Source: Candidatus Bathyarchaeota archaeon (lineage in GTDB: Archaea > Thermoproteota > Bathyarchaeia > TCS64). Taken from it: a DNA stretch of 34,773 nucleotides. Below, piece after piece: positions 17,454 to 27,292 of the stretch. A program made the position numbers and the translations under genes. Location of the stretch: the NCBI GenBank assembly GCA_037439685.1, contig JBBIVO010000004.1, forward strand, positions 19,254 to 54,026, in the 5' to 3' direction. The notes under the pieces are model-generated. The model ran no database searches. It was not told where the DNA came from and saw nothing but the letters and a program-made list of their open reading frames with translations. The first letter of the stretch is position 1. Each line of letters starts with the position of its first letter.

Positions 17454-18392
17454 ATGCCTCAACCCATCATAGAGACCCATGAGCTGACCAAGTATTACGG
17501 GGAGGTGAGGGCCGTTGACCATCTCAACCTCACCGTATATGAGGGGGAGGTGTTCGGGTTCCTCGGGCCTAATGGGTCGGGGAAGACCACAACCCTCCTC
17601 ATGCTCATGGGCCTGACGGTTCCCACCTCCGGAACAGCCACCGTGGCTGGGTACGACATCGTGAAGGAGTCCAGGGATGTGAGGAGGGTGGCCGGGCTCC
17701 TGCCTGAGGGGGCGGGATACTATGAGGACCTAACCGCGAGGCAGAACCTGGACTATATAGGCCAGCTGAACGGCATCCCAAAGCCCGATAGGGAGGGGAG
17801 GATAAGGGAGCTCCTCGAGGCCGTGGGTCTCGAGAGGTGGGCCGACACGAGGGTGGAGAAGTTCTCGAGGGGGATGAAGCAGCGCCTGGGCATAGCGGAG
17901 GTGCTGATCAAGAGGCCTAAGATAGCCTTCTTCGACGAGCCGACGATAGGCCTGGACCCCCAAGGGGTGAAGGAGATCAGGGACATAATCCTCAGGCTTA
18001 ACAGGGAGGAGGGGCTGACGGTCTTCTACTCATCCCACCTGCTATACGAGGTCCAGCAGACATGCAGGAGGGTGGGCTTCATAAGAGACGGGAGGCTCAT
18101 AGCCACCGACACCATAGAGAACCTGTCGAAGAAGGTTGCGGGGGGAGATGGGAAGACCCTTGAGCTCGAACTAACGGAGATAACCCCGGAGCTTGTCGAG
18201 GAGATAAGGTCCATCGAGGGGGTTACCTCGGTGGTGGAGGAGGATCACAGGCTCTACGTCTACATGGAGAGGGACAGGTCGAGGGAGGTCTCGGAGACGA
18301 TAACGAAACACGGCGCCATAATCCTCCTCATGAGGCCCAGGGAGTACAGCCTAGAGGAGATATTCCTGAAATATTATGAGGGGGGAGCCTGA
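17454..18392 (+). CDS. ABC-2 type transporter ATP-binding protein
   Basis: GPNGSGKTT, FSRGMKQR, FFDEP, SSH. Confidence 0.95.
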   Translation: MPQPIIETHELTKYYGEVRAVDHLNLTVYEGEVFGFLGPNGSGKTTTLLMLMGLTVPTSGTATVAGYDIVKESRDVRRVAGLLPEGAGYYEDLTARQNLDYIGQLNGIPKPDREGRIRELLEAVGLERWADTRVEKFSRGMKQRLGIAEVLIKRPKIAFFDEPTIGLDPQGVKEIRDIILRLNREEGLTVFYSSHLLYEVQQTCRRVGFIRDGRLIATDTIENLSKKVAGGDGKTLELELTEITPELVEEIRSIEGVTSVVEEDHRLYVYMERDRSREVSETITKHGAIILLMRPREYSLEEIFLKYYEGGA

Positions 18393-18393
18393 A

Positions 18394-19353
18394 TTGGTGG
18401 GCGTCGAAACCGTCTTCAGGAAGGAGCTTGCAGACCACCTGGGGAGCAGGCGATACCTGGTTCTATTCGCCCTCATCCTCCTCCTCTCCACCATGTCCGC
18501 ATATCAAGGAACCCTCTACATCAGAGACCGCCCCCAGGCCGGCTTCATGGCGATATTCTGGGGAGCCCAGTTCGGCTTCTCCTTCACATATCTGATGGTA
18601 TTCTTCGGCCCCATAATAGGGCTGGCCCTGGGGTTCGACGCTGTGAACAAGGAGAGGACGAGCGGAACCCTATCGGTGCTCCTGTCCCAGCCCATATATC
18701 GGGACTCCGTCATAAATGGAAAGTTCCTGGCTGGGGTTACGGCCCTCACCATACTCGCATCGAGCACGATAACTATAATGAGCGGCCTCGCTACGGCCCT
18801 CCTCGGATTCGGCCCGGGGGTCGAAGACCTGCTTAGGATAGCCCTCATAACGGGGCTCACCATCCTCTACCTCGCCTTCTGGCTCGGCCTAGGCCTCCTC
18901 TTCTCAACGGTCACGAGGAAGACCTCGACATCGATACTCATGTCCGTCGCCACCTGGCTCCTCTGCTCCGTCATGATCTCCATCATCGCAGCCCTCATAT
19001 CCAACATGGTCGTGCCGATTCCCATGCCCTCAGGGCCTGGAGCCAACATGACGAGGCTCTTCGAGTCCCCTGAATATCGGGAACTCCTCCAGAGGAGGTC
19101 CAGCATCCAGACGAGCATCCAGAGGGTCTCCCCAGCATACCTGTACAACGAGGCGGCCCAGGCGATCCTGGGCAGGGCCGGGGGAGGGTTCTTCATAGGG
19201 CCTGGAGGGGGCTCCCCATTCAGGTCGCTGGATCTATCCCAAGCCCTGACGATGAGCTGGCCCCAGATCACAGCCATAGCCGTCGGCCTAGTAGCCTGCT
19301 TCGCCGCCTCATACATCCTATTCCTACGCCTCGAGATAAGGCCCGGAGGCTGA
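18394..19353 (+). CDS. ABC-2 type transporter permease
   Basis: VFRKELAD, GFDAVNKERTSGTL..LLSQPIYR..VINGKF motif (ORF track start 18376). Confidence 0.92.
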   Translation: MVGVETVFRKELADHLGSRRYLVLFALILLLSTMSAYQGTLYIRDRPQAGFMAIFWGAQFGFSFTYLMVFFGPIIGLALGFDAVNKERTSGTLSVLLSQPIYRDSVINGKFLAGVTALTILASSTITIMSGLATALLGFGPGVEDLLRIALITGLTILYLAFWLGLGLLFSTVTRKTSTSILMSVATWLLCSVMISIIAALISNMVVPIPMPSGPGANMTRLFESPEYRELLQRRSSIQTSIQRVSPAYLYNEAAQAILGRAGGGFFIGPGGGSPFRSLDLSQALTMSWPQITAIAVGLVACFAASYILFLRLEIRPGG

Positions 19354-19901
19354 AATGAAAGCCGCATACAACACTTTCCACCAAGATTCTCCTTCTAAAA
19401 ACATCTTTTCAAAATAGAAAATATTGAAATATTATGTTCCTTCATGATCTAAAATATCAACAGAGAACCTTAATTTATCCATTTTAGACTTGATTTAAAT
19501 AAAATGATTATGTTAAACTATAAAGAGTGTAATTATCCACCTTATATCAGCTTTTATTGACACCTTCCAACCTGAGACCGGAGTATTTTAGCTACTGGCC
19601 TCCGGTCATCAGATTCACCGTTGCCAAGATTAGAGAATCTCAAGACGGCCTTGAACACTGAGACATGGCTCATGCTAATTCCCGTTCATCCTGTGAAGCC
19701 GATAAGATTCCGATGTGGCAAAGCTCTTTAAGTCTTTGAAAATCCAAGAAGCATCTTTCATCCTTGGCGATAATCTTTAGATGAATCCCTCCTTCTTAAA
19801 TCAGATGGAACCTCCATTTTGCTTACACTTACCTTAAGAAAACGAGTCTAATCATAATAAATAGAGTTATAAGCTTGTTATGCGAAGGCTGTCTTGGTGA
19901 T

Positions 19902-20519
19902 TTGGTGGAGCCTGCTAGGTTCTATGTTTTGCCACAGCTGAGCTTTGGATATGGTGATCTTGCACCCTTCATGTCGGAGGAGCAGCTGAGGATACACCAT
20001 GGCAAGCATCACATGGCCTACGTTAACGGGGCCAACTCCCTCCTCCAGAGGCTGGATAGGGCTAGGAAGGAGGGTGTTGAGCTGGACATCAAATCCACTT
20101 TGAAGGAGCTCTCCTTCAATATAGGTGGGCACCTGCTCCACTCCCTCTTCTGGGGGAACCTCGCACCGCCAGGGAAGGGGGGAGGAAGGCCCGGGGGAAC
20201 CATAGGCGATTATATAGATAGGGAGTTTGGGAGCTATGAACGCTTCCAGAGGGAGTTCACCCAGGCCTCATTGAGCGTCGAGGGATCCGGCTGGGGGGCC
20301 CTCACCATATGCAGGCAGACGGGCCGACCGATTATAATGCAGGTAGAGAAGCATAACGTGAATGTCTACCCCATGTTCCGAATCCTCATGGTTCTTGATG
20401 TATTTGAACATGCATACTATATAGACTACAAAAATGAAAGGGCAAAATTCGTTGATGCATTCTGGAAAATAGTGAACTGGGAAGAAGTGGATAAAAGAAT
20501 TGAGGCAGCAATAAAATAG
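19902..20519 (+). CDS. sod: Fe/Mn superoxide dismutase
   Basis: [32 protein letters not shown]. Confidence 0.97.
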   Translation: MVEPARFYVLPQLSFGYGDLAPFMSEEQLRIHHGKHHMAYVNGANSLLQRLDRARKEGVELDIKSTLKELSFNIGGHLLHSLFWGNLAPPGKGGGRPGGTIGDYIDREFGSYERFQREFTQASLSVEGSGWGALTICRQTGRPIIMQVEKHNVNVYPMFRILMVLDVFEHAYYIDYKNERAKFVDAFWKIVNWEEVDKRIEAAIK

Positions 20520-20731
20520 ATTAAAATGTTATTAAGATTATCTAATTTTTTATGATAAGTCAATGTTGCCAATGGAAATGATTATTTGGTTAATATTTAG
20601 TTGGAGGTGTTTTGAATTTTAAAGATTTTATGGAGGCCATCATATTTTATATAAGTTTTGGTTTTTTGAAATGATCGCTGCAATTTTTATATCTTCGTTC
20701 GGTGATAATTGGATATTCGTGAGAAGGGCTG

Positions 20732-21478
20732 ATGATCTCCCCATCCCATTTAGGGTTCATAGCAAGCCTAGCTGCTGGTTTAGCCACCGGGATCGGCTCC
20801 ATGCCGATACTCTTCCTCAAGCAATTCTCAGATGACACGTCAGATATCCTCCTGGGCTTCGCCGCGGGGGTCATGCTGGCCGCTACAGCCTTCAGCCTCC
20901 TTGTTCCAGCGATCAGCCTCGATGGGCCCTGGACCGCCACCTTGGGCCTACTTCTAGGCGCTGCCTTCCTGCACCTTATGGATCGGTTCACCCCCCACCT
21001 CCATCCGGTCGCGGGCGCTGAGGGGCCCCCATCGAGGCTCTCGAGGCTATGGCTCTTAATCATGGCCATAACCATCCATAACTTTCCAGAGGGGCTGGCG
21101 GTTGGATTGAGCTTCGGCACGGGCAATGTTCAAAGGGGATTGATCGTGGCAACAGCCATCGGACTTCAAAATGCCCCCGAGGGATTGGCAGTGGCCATCC
21201 CGCTCCTGAGGGAGGGGTACAGTAGGGGGAGGGCTCTGGGATATGCGACTTTGACCGGGCTTGTGGAGCCCATAGGAGGCCTCCTGGGAATAATCCTCGT
21301 ATCCGTGGCCCATTCCATACTGCCCTGGGGCCTATCCTTCGCCGCCGGGGCAATGCTCTTCATAGTCATAGACGAGATGATCCCGGAGAGCCACAGGAAG
21401 GGCTTCGGGAGGAAGGCCACATTCGGGCTTATAATGGGCTTCTCCATCATGATGATCCTAGATAGTTTATTCGCTTGA
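20732..21478 (+). CDS. ZIP family metal transporter (GufA/ZupT-like)
   Basis: GFAAGVML, HNFPEG, QNAPEG, AAGAML..DEMIPE. Confidence 0.95.
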   Translation: MISPSHLGFIASLAAGLATGIGSMPILFLKQFSDDTSDILLGFAAGVMLAATAFSLLVPAISLDGPWTATLGLLLGAAFLHLMDRFTPHLHPVAGAEGPPSRLSRLWLLIMAITIHNFPEGLAVGLSFGTGNVQRGLIVATAIGLQNAPEGLAVAIPLLREGYSRGRALGYATLTGLVEPIGGLLGIILVSVAHSILPWGLSFAAGAMLFIVIDEMIPESHRKGFGRKATFGLIMGFSIMMILDSLFA

Positions 21479-21689
21479 ATTGGAAATATTCTCTCTAAAA
21501 GCCTTTAGGGTTCGGGAGGCAGCCCGCAGGCCGTCTCCCCTCTCCTCTCCGGAGCATCGAGGCAACCATTTACCTTATATATGATGGCTCTGTAAGTCGC
21601 GAAGCTGGCCTCTCAACATGGTTGTGCTTGTGGAGAAGGGTGAACCGAGAAAAGTAGAGGTTCCATTCATCATCGATGTTGATATATAA

Positions 21690-22046
21690 CTAGTTGATTA
21701 TCTTTTTTCCTTCTTTTTCGATTATCTCTATCCATTTAGAGCTTTTCATCTGCTCATATTCTCTTTTAGAAAGGATGTGAAGCTCAACCCTTGGGAGGTT
21801 CAGGACTTTCATAAGTTTCTTGTAAACCTCATCCTTGTCGCACTTTTGCTCCTCATAAACTATGAATATATCTATGTCACTGGCCGCAGTGTGCCTTCCA
21901 GTCGCGTAGGAGCCGAATAGGGTCACCTTCAGAAGCCCCAGCTCCTCCTTTAATGATGAGACCCCCTCCCTTATCCTCTCGATAACCTCCTCTTGGCTAA
22001 ACTCTGGATATGATATCTTTACAGAACCTGAGGATAACCTCGGCAT
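21690..22046 (-). CDS. Minimal nucleotidyltransferase (MNT) antitoxin
   Basis: LFGSYATGRHTAASDID is a GSx10DxD motif. Start moved to ATG 22046, overlapping the HEPN gene end. Confidence 0.9.
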   Translation of the reverse strand: MPRLSSGSVKISYPEFSQEEVIERIREGVSSLKEELGLLKVTLFGSYATGRHTAASDIDIFIVYEEQKCDKDEVYKKLMKVLNLPRVELHILSKREYEQMKSSKWIEIIEKEGKKIIN

Positions 22047-22392
22047 ATGCCACCAGCCTCTCCGCCTCCCTCCTCGTGTATCTCCTCCTAGGAGAGGAGG
22101 AGGGATGAGCGTTCGGATACCTTGTTGGGATATAGGCCTTGTCAAGCTCTAAGGCATAGTCGAGCAACTCCTCCTCCACCCTTACCCTCTCCCTAAGGGC
22201 CCTTAGGAGGTCATAAACGGAATGCCCCCAGGCTTCGGCCCCCATCTTCTGGAAGACCGCCTTCACAGCCTTCTCGGCCGACTGCTGAGAGGAGAAGCAG
22301 GCCCAATCGTAAAAGCCTGATCTGATATCGTTCATGGCGTGTTCTAGATCCCCCTCGGCTTGGTCTAACCAGTCCTTGCTCCTCTCCACCAC
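21997..22392 (-). CDS. HEPN domain protein
   Basis: WLDQAEGDL, ACFSSQQSAEKAVKA, WGHS, YIPTRYPNAH. Confidence 0.92.
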   Translation of the reverse strand: MVERSKDWLDQAEGDLEHAMNDIRSGFYDWACFSSQQSAEKAVKAVFQKMGAEAWGHSVYDLLRALRERVRVEEELLDYALELDKAYIPTRYPNAHPSSSPRRRYTRREAERLVAYAEVILRFCKDIISRV

Positions 22393-22425
22393 ATTAAGGT
22401 TTAAGCCACATTGAATTATATAAAG

Positions 22426-22445
22426 GAGCAGCCCGGAGGCTGCTC
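22426..22445. promoter_or_regulatory. Perfect 8-bp inverted repeat just upstream of the HEPN-MNT TATA box
   Basis: GAGCAGCC-CGGA-GGCTGCTC next to minus-strand TTTATATA (22424-22417). Confidence 0.5.
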
Positions 22446-22560
22446 ATCGAGGAAAAGTTGAAAACCTTGCCTCATTCTATTTTCAGTTTTCAGCATTAAA
22501 AGAGAAGCTTCAGAGTAACATTAAAAATTTTTATTAAATTCGATATTCATAATTATGTTT

Positions 22561-23325
22561 CTACTCTTTTTTCATGGTTTTTCTATGGAATGTGAAGCTC
22601 ATTCCGATGAATATTATCGCGAATAGAGTTAACATCGAGATGTTTCCCGTGATGCCGTAGAATGAGTTGGAGCCGAGGCCAAGCCTCAATAGGTCTAAGG
22701 TGTGGGTGAGGGGGGAGAGGAAGGCAGCTGCCTGGCCAAGGATGGGTAGATCCTCTAGCGGGATATAGAGGCCGCTGATGAATAGTAGGGGTATCCTGAC
22801 AAAGTTCATCGGCATCATAACCTCTCCAGGATTCTCCCATGGGAGGGAGGCGAACATTATTCCCAGGGCTGAGGATCCGAGGGAGGCTAGGCCTAAACCA
22901 CATATGATGAGGGGAAGGTTCATGTGGGGAGCTCCAAATATGGAGATCCCGAGGATGAGCGAGAGGATGGAGACGGCTAAGCCGTAGATCACGCCTGCCA
23001 GGATCTTTCCAAATATAACCGATAATAGGGATATGGGGGCTGAGAGATATCTGTCGAAGGTTTTGAGCCTCCTCTCCATGGGTATGGCGACCGGCCCGAT
23101 GGAGGATGAGGCCCAGAAGACGGTCTGGGCCACCAGTATTGGAACCAGCCTCTCCGGAGGCATGTTCCTGCCAACGGTGAAGGAGAGGAAGAGGGTGAAG
23201 GGGAATAGGATCCCGAACATTATCGATGGAGGCCTAAGATAGTAGATCCTCACATCCTTCACGGTTATGGCCCAGGCGCGCTGCAGCTCATACCATATGG
23301 AGACCCCGCCCAAGACCATCCTCAC
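22561..23325 (-). CDS. ABC-2 type transporter permease
   Basis: ERRLKTFDRYLSAP..VIFGK, FISGLYIP, SPLTH. Confidence 0.92.
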   Translation of the reverse strand: MRMVLGGVSIWYELQRAWAITVKDVRIYYLRPPSIMFGILFPFTLFLSFTVGRNMPPERLVPILVAQTVFWASSSIGPVAIPMERRLKTFDRYLSAPISLLSVIFGKILAGVIYGLAVSILSLILGISIFGAPHMNLPLIICGLGLASLGSSALGIMFASLPWENPGEVMMPMNFVRIPLLFISGLYIPLEDLPILGQAAAFLSPLTHTLDLLRLGLGSNSFYGITGNISMLTLFAIIFIGMSFTFHRKTMKKE

Positions 23326-24320
23326 CTCCCGATCCTCCCCCCACCCCTCTCGGGAGCCATGAGGACCTCCCCCTCCATCTCCCTCCCAGTAAGCTTAACG
23401 AATACCTCCTCTAGGCTTGGGCCGAGGGTGTTTATGGAGATCGGGGTTAGGTCGACCATCCTGGAGTAGTTGAAGATCCCTTGCAAAACCTCGGGGGGGT
23501 CGTCCGTATACAGCCTATACTTGTCCCCCAGCTTCTGGAGGTGTGAGACGCCCTTCAGGGCCTTGAGGCCCTCCTCGACATCCCTGGGGGTGGCTTTGAA
23601 GGCCACCTCCACGGACTGGGCCCCCCTCATTATCTGCTTCAACCTCTCCGGGGTATCGGTGGCAGCTATCTTACCCCTATTTATGATGGCTATGTGGTCG
23701 CAGAGCTGGCTGGCCTCCTCAAGGTTGTGGGTCGTGAGGAATATCGTTAAGCCGCCCCTGTTCAGCTCCCTCATCAGCCTCCTTATCTCTCGAACGCTTT
23801 CGACATCGAGACCAGATGTCGGCTCGTCCAAGAAGAGCACCCTCGAGTCGTTCATTAGGGCCATGGCGATGCAAACCTTACGCTTCATGCCCCTGCTGAA
23901 GCCCCTAACCCTCTCCTTACGCCTCTCATACAGGTTGAAAAGCCTCAGAAGCTCAGAGGCCCTCTCCTCCCTTTTAGCCTTGGGAACCCCGTACAGCTTG
24001 CCTGTGAAGATGAAGTTGTCCCAGGCCGAGAGCTCCTCATATATGTTGCTGACATCTGGGACGATGCCCATAAGCCTCTTGGCCTCCACCGATTGCTCGA
24101 CTATGTCAAACCCCATTATCGTGGCCCTACCCTCCGTGGGCAGGGAGACCCCGGTCAGCATCCTTATCGTCGTCGTCTTCCCGGCTCCGTTAGGCCCCAA
24201 AAAGCCGAAGATCTCCCCCTCCTCGACCTCGAAGCTTATGTGGTCGACCGCTAGGAAGTCGCCGTAATACTTTGTCAACCCCTCTGCGACTATCGCCTTT
24301 CCCGTCTTCATACCTCCCAC
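23322..24320 (-). CDS. ABC-2 (DrrA-like) ATP-binding protein
   Basis: GPNGAGKTT, FSRGMKRK, FLDEP, TTH, PSLEEVF. Confidence 0.95.
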   Translation of the reverse strand: MGGMKTGKAIVAEGLTKYYGDFLAVDHISFEVEEGEIFGFLGPNGAGKTTTIRMLTGVSLPTEGRATIMGFDIVEQSVEAKRLMGIVPDVSNIYEELSAWDNFIFTGKLYGVPKAKREERASELLRLFNLYERRKERVRGFSRGMKRKVCIAMALMNDSRVLFLDEPTSGLDVESVREIRRLMRELNRGGLTIFLTTHNLEEASQLCDHIAIINRGKIAATDTPERLKQIMRGAQSVEVAFKATPRDVEEGLKALKGVSHLQKLGDKYRLYTDDPPEVLQGIFNYSRMVDLTPISINTLGPSLEEVFVKLTGREMEGEVLMAPERGGGRIGR

Positions 24321-24462
24321 TGGGACCTATGTAACATTGATTTATATATAAAAGTTATGAGTTCAGGAACATCCCCGTGAGGGCTTGGGGAACCTGGAAG
24401 CGAAACCGTGCCTGGTGGTCGAGGCTGAGGCCTTGCGGCTCAACCTGAAGAATGGAGAGGAT

Positions 24463-25626
24463 TTATCTTCTGAGCCTCATCCCGCTAGATAGATTCGCCA
24501 GCAGGGCTAATGAGGGTATCTCGAGGATCACAGAGTATATCGTCAGGTATAGGGGGTTCAGCTCATGTATGGCCCCCATGGCCAGGCCTCCAACCATCCA
24601 GGAGGCCCCGTATATGAGGCCGTAAACACCGTAGGCTAGGGCCCTCCTCGATTCCTGTACGAGGTCTGGTATCGCAGCCCTTATGCTCGTCTCATATATC
24701 CCCATCACCACCCCCCAGAGGATGGCCGCAGCGTAGATATACATCCTTGAGCCGTTGATCAGCGCGGAGGGGATCAAGGCCGCAGCTATTGGGGTAACCA
24801 GCAGAGACCTGAAACCCACCTTATCATATAGGTATCCCGTTGGAAACGCCATGATGGCGTCCACGGCCATGGCCAGGGCGTATAGCATCGCTATCTCCGG
24901 GTCTCCCACCGCCTGGCTCGCTTTGAGGTGGTATGAGATTATGGTCCATGGCAAGTATCCGGCGGTCATGAGGGAGAGGGCTATGGAGAACAGCTTGAAA
25001 TCTCTATCAAGGCCCCACCCCACCACAGGCCTCTCGACGCTTATGGACCTGACCCTTGGGTACATGAGGGCGGCGGCGGATAGGGATGCTAGGGAGGCGA
25101 TGGCGGGTATGGATAGGGCCAGGAAGGCTGGGGAGTAGCTCCCCCCTGAGCCGGCTATGGAGAGGGTGACTATTATGGGGCCTGTGAAGGCCCCAACCTG
25201 GTCCATAACCTCGTGGAGGCCGAAGCCCTTCCCCCTCCCCAACCCCTCCACCACCTCCGAGAGGATGACATCCCTTGAAGGGGTCCTCAAGCCCTTACCT
25301 ATCCTCTCCATGAAGAGCAGCGCCAGGGCCATCTCCCACCTCCCAGCGAAGGCAAGGGCTGGGATGGCGGATAGGGCGATGATATATCCACTTATGGTGA
25401 AGGCCCAGAGGATCCTTGAGGATCTGAGGCGGTCCGCGGCCAACCCGCTTATGAACCGCATGATATACCCTAGGAACTCTCCTATCACGATGGCCCCAGC
25501 TATCAGGCCGGTCCCCTCCAACACCCTTATATAGGCCCCTGAGATGCTCCTAGCCCCCTCATAGGTTATATCGGCGAAGAGGGAGACTAGGCCGAACATT
25601 ATGAATACCATAAAAACCTTCTTCAT
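24463..25626 (-). CDS. MFS transporter
   Basis: About 12 TM helices; GLAADRL, ERIGKGLRTPSRD, GYLYDKVG. Confidence 0.92.
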   Translation of the reverse strand: MKKVFMVFIMFGLVSLFADITYEGARSISGAYIRVLEGTGLIAGAIVIGEFLGYIMRFISGLAADRLRSSRILWAFTISGYIIALSAIPALAFAGRWEMALALLFMERIGKGLRTPSRDVILSEVVEGLGRGKGFGLHEVMDQVGAFTGPIIVTLSIAGSGGSYSPAFLALSIPAIASLASLSAAALMYPRVRSISVERPVVGWGLDRDFKLFSIALSLMTAGYLPWTIISYHLKASQAVGDPEIAMLYALAMAVDAIMAFPTGYLYDKVGFRSLLVTPIAAALIPSALINGSRMYIYAAAILWGVVMGIYETSIRAAIPDLVQESRRALAYGVYGLIYGASWMVGGLAMGAIHELNPLYLTIYSVILEIPSLALLANLSSGMRLRR

Positions 25627-25731
25627 TTATTACACACTGAAGGGTGTGTGTAATCGCTCAAATATATAAGCCTTTCGCTTAAGTATCACCTTGGATTCAT
25701 CATTTTTAATATAAAAAATAAATGTCACCTT

Positions 25732-27153
25732 TTAATTTTTCATATTCCTTCTATTTTTTTTATTTGGTTCACAGTGTATTATTACATATCTTATCTTTGG
25801 ATCGATCCTTTTAATTTTCTCCTCCATCATCGTTGATATCTCGTGGACCCTTTCTAGGGGGGTTGAGCCCTGAACCGTGCAGTGAAGGGCCACGATGAGG
25901 CCGTCGCGGGATGCTAGACTCCTTATATCATGGATCGATACCGCCTCCGGGTAACCCTCCGCCGTCTCTAGGATCCTCCTTCTCAGCCTCCTCATCTCCC
26001 TGGGCTCCACCCACCTGTGGGCTTGAGGGGGCTCGGCGGGCTCAAGGTGGCTGAGGATCACCGTCTCCCCTCCGAGGGCCTCCCTCAGGCGCCTCTCCAT
26101 CTCCTCCGCCGCCGCGTGGGCCTCCTCGAGGGTTATCTCAGGATCCATCTCCAGGTGGTATGAGACGATGAGGCCCTCCCCCGTCTCGCTCACCCCGACC
26201 TCGTGGATCCCCCTCACCCTCCCGACCTCCGATGCCGCCCGCCTTATCCTCGAGGCGAGATCCTCGCTGGCTCCGGGTTCGACGTGGACCGTCACGTCCG
26301 CCTCTGGCAGGAGCCTGGATATCTCAGACTCCATGGAGTCTGAGATATCATGGGCCTTCGAGAGGGGGAGGTGGCCGTCGACCTCCACGTGGACGTCGAT
26401 GAAGTGCTTTGAGCCGGCCCTCCTAATCCTCAACCCGTGGCAGCCCTTAACCCCCTCAACCCCCAGTATCCTCTCCCTTATCTCATCGGCCAATCCTCTG
26501 GGGGCTGCATCCAGTAGGGTGTCGAGGCTCCTCCTGAATATGTCCACGCTGGAGTAGAGGGTGTAGGAGACCACCGCGAGGGCCGCCAATGGGTCGGCGT
26601 ACCAGAGGCCGACCCCATATAGGGATAATCCGAGGATGACTATGAGGGCTATGAGGAGGTCGTTGAGGAAGTGGAGGGCTCCAGCCTCAAGCGCCTCGCT
26701 CACCTCGCCGCTGGAGGCCCTCCTCATCCTCGTGAAGGCATATGAGTCTATGATGATGGAGGCGAGGTTTGTCCCGAGCGCCACCCAGTACATGCCTATC
26801 TCGGCCCTCCCGGCGAGGAGGCGGCTTGCAGCCGAGTATACCAGCCATGAGCATGTGACGAGCAGGAGGGAGACCTCGCCCAAGGCCGCGAAGGCCTCCA
26901 CCTTCCCATGGCCGTAGGGATGCCTCTCATCTGGTGGTCTACTCCCCTCCCTAACGGCTAAAAGGGAGATCATGGAGGCGAGGAGGCTCATCAGTGTGTT
27001 TACGGCGCTGGAGAGGAGGGATAGGCTTCCTGAGAGGAGGCCCCCCGTCAACTCTATCACGGTGAGCAGCAGCCCAGCCGCAACCCCAGACCTCGCGGCT
27101 GAGGGCTTTGAGGGCTTGAGGCCCTTCGACATCCCATCCCTCCTCTCCCCCAT
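25732..27153 (-). CDS. Cation diffusion facilitator with three C-terminal dimerization domains
   Basis: PPDERHPYGHGKVE, HFLND, ADPL; three repeats ending HVEP, HLEP, HCEP. Confidence 0.92.
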   Translation of the reverse strand: MGERRDGMSKGLKPSKPSAARSGVAAGLLLTVIELTGGLLSGSLSLLSSAVNTLMSLLASMISLLAVREGSRPPDERHPYGHGKVEAFAALGEVSLLLVTCSWLVYSAASRLLAGRAEIGMYWVALGTNLASIIIDSYAFTRMRRASSGEVSEALEAGALHFLNDLLIALIVILGLSLYGVGLWYADPLAALAVVSYTLYSSVDIFRRSLDTLLDAAPRGLADEIRERILGVEGVKGCHGLRIRRAGSKHFIDVHVEVDGHLPLSKAHDISDSMESEISRLLPEADVTVHVEPGASEDLASRIRRAASEVGRVRGIHEVGVSETGEGLIVSYHLEMDPEITLEEAHAAAEEMERRLREALGGETVILSHLEPAEPPQAHRWVEPREMRRLRRRILETAEGYPEAVSIHDIRSLASRDGLIVALHCTVQGSTPLERVHEISTMMEEKIKRIDPKIRYVIIHCEPNKKNRRNMKN

Positions 27154-27292
27154 CTAAGGGGGTCATGGAGACACAGCATTCCCCTCTCATAGGTCTTATG
27201 CTCTAAGATGGTGCGTAGAAGCTGAGAGGGGACCTTAAAATCTTCCAGAAAATGAGACCTTGGATCGGGCCTCTAGAGCCCTCTGTGGCCTG

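Noticed and set aside
19576-19607. 8-bp inverted repeat GACCGGAG/CTCCGGTC
   Set aside because: Isolated stem far from either gene, with no U-tract or second copy; could be chance.
23470-24267. Long antisense ORFs (also 8163-9447, 15938-17272, 28112-29761, 29773-30267)
   Set aside because: Shadows of GC-rich genes with clear family motifs on the opposite strand; Ser/Pro-rich and motif-free.
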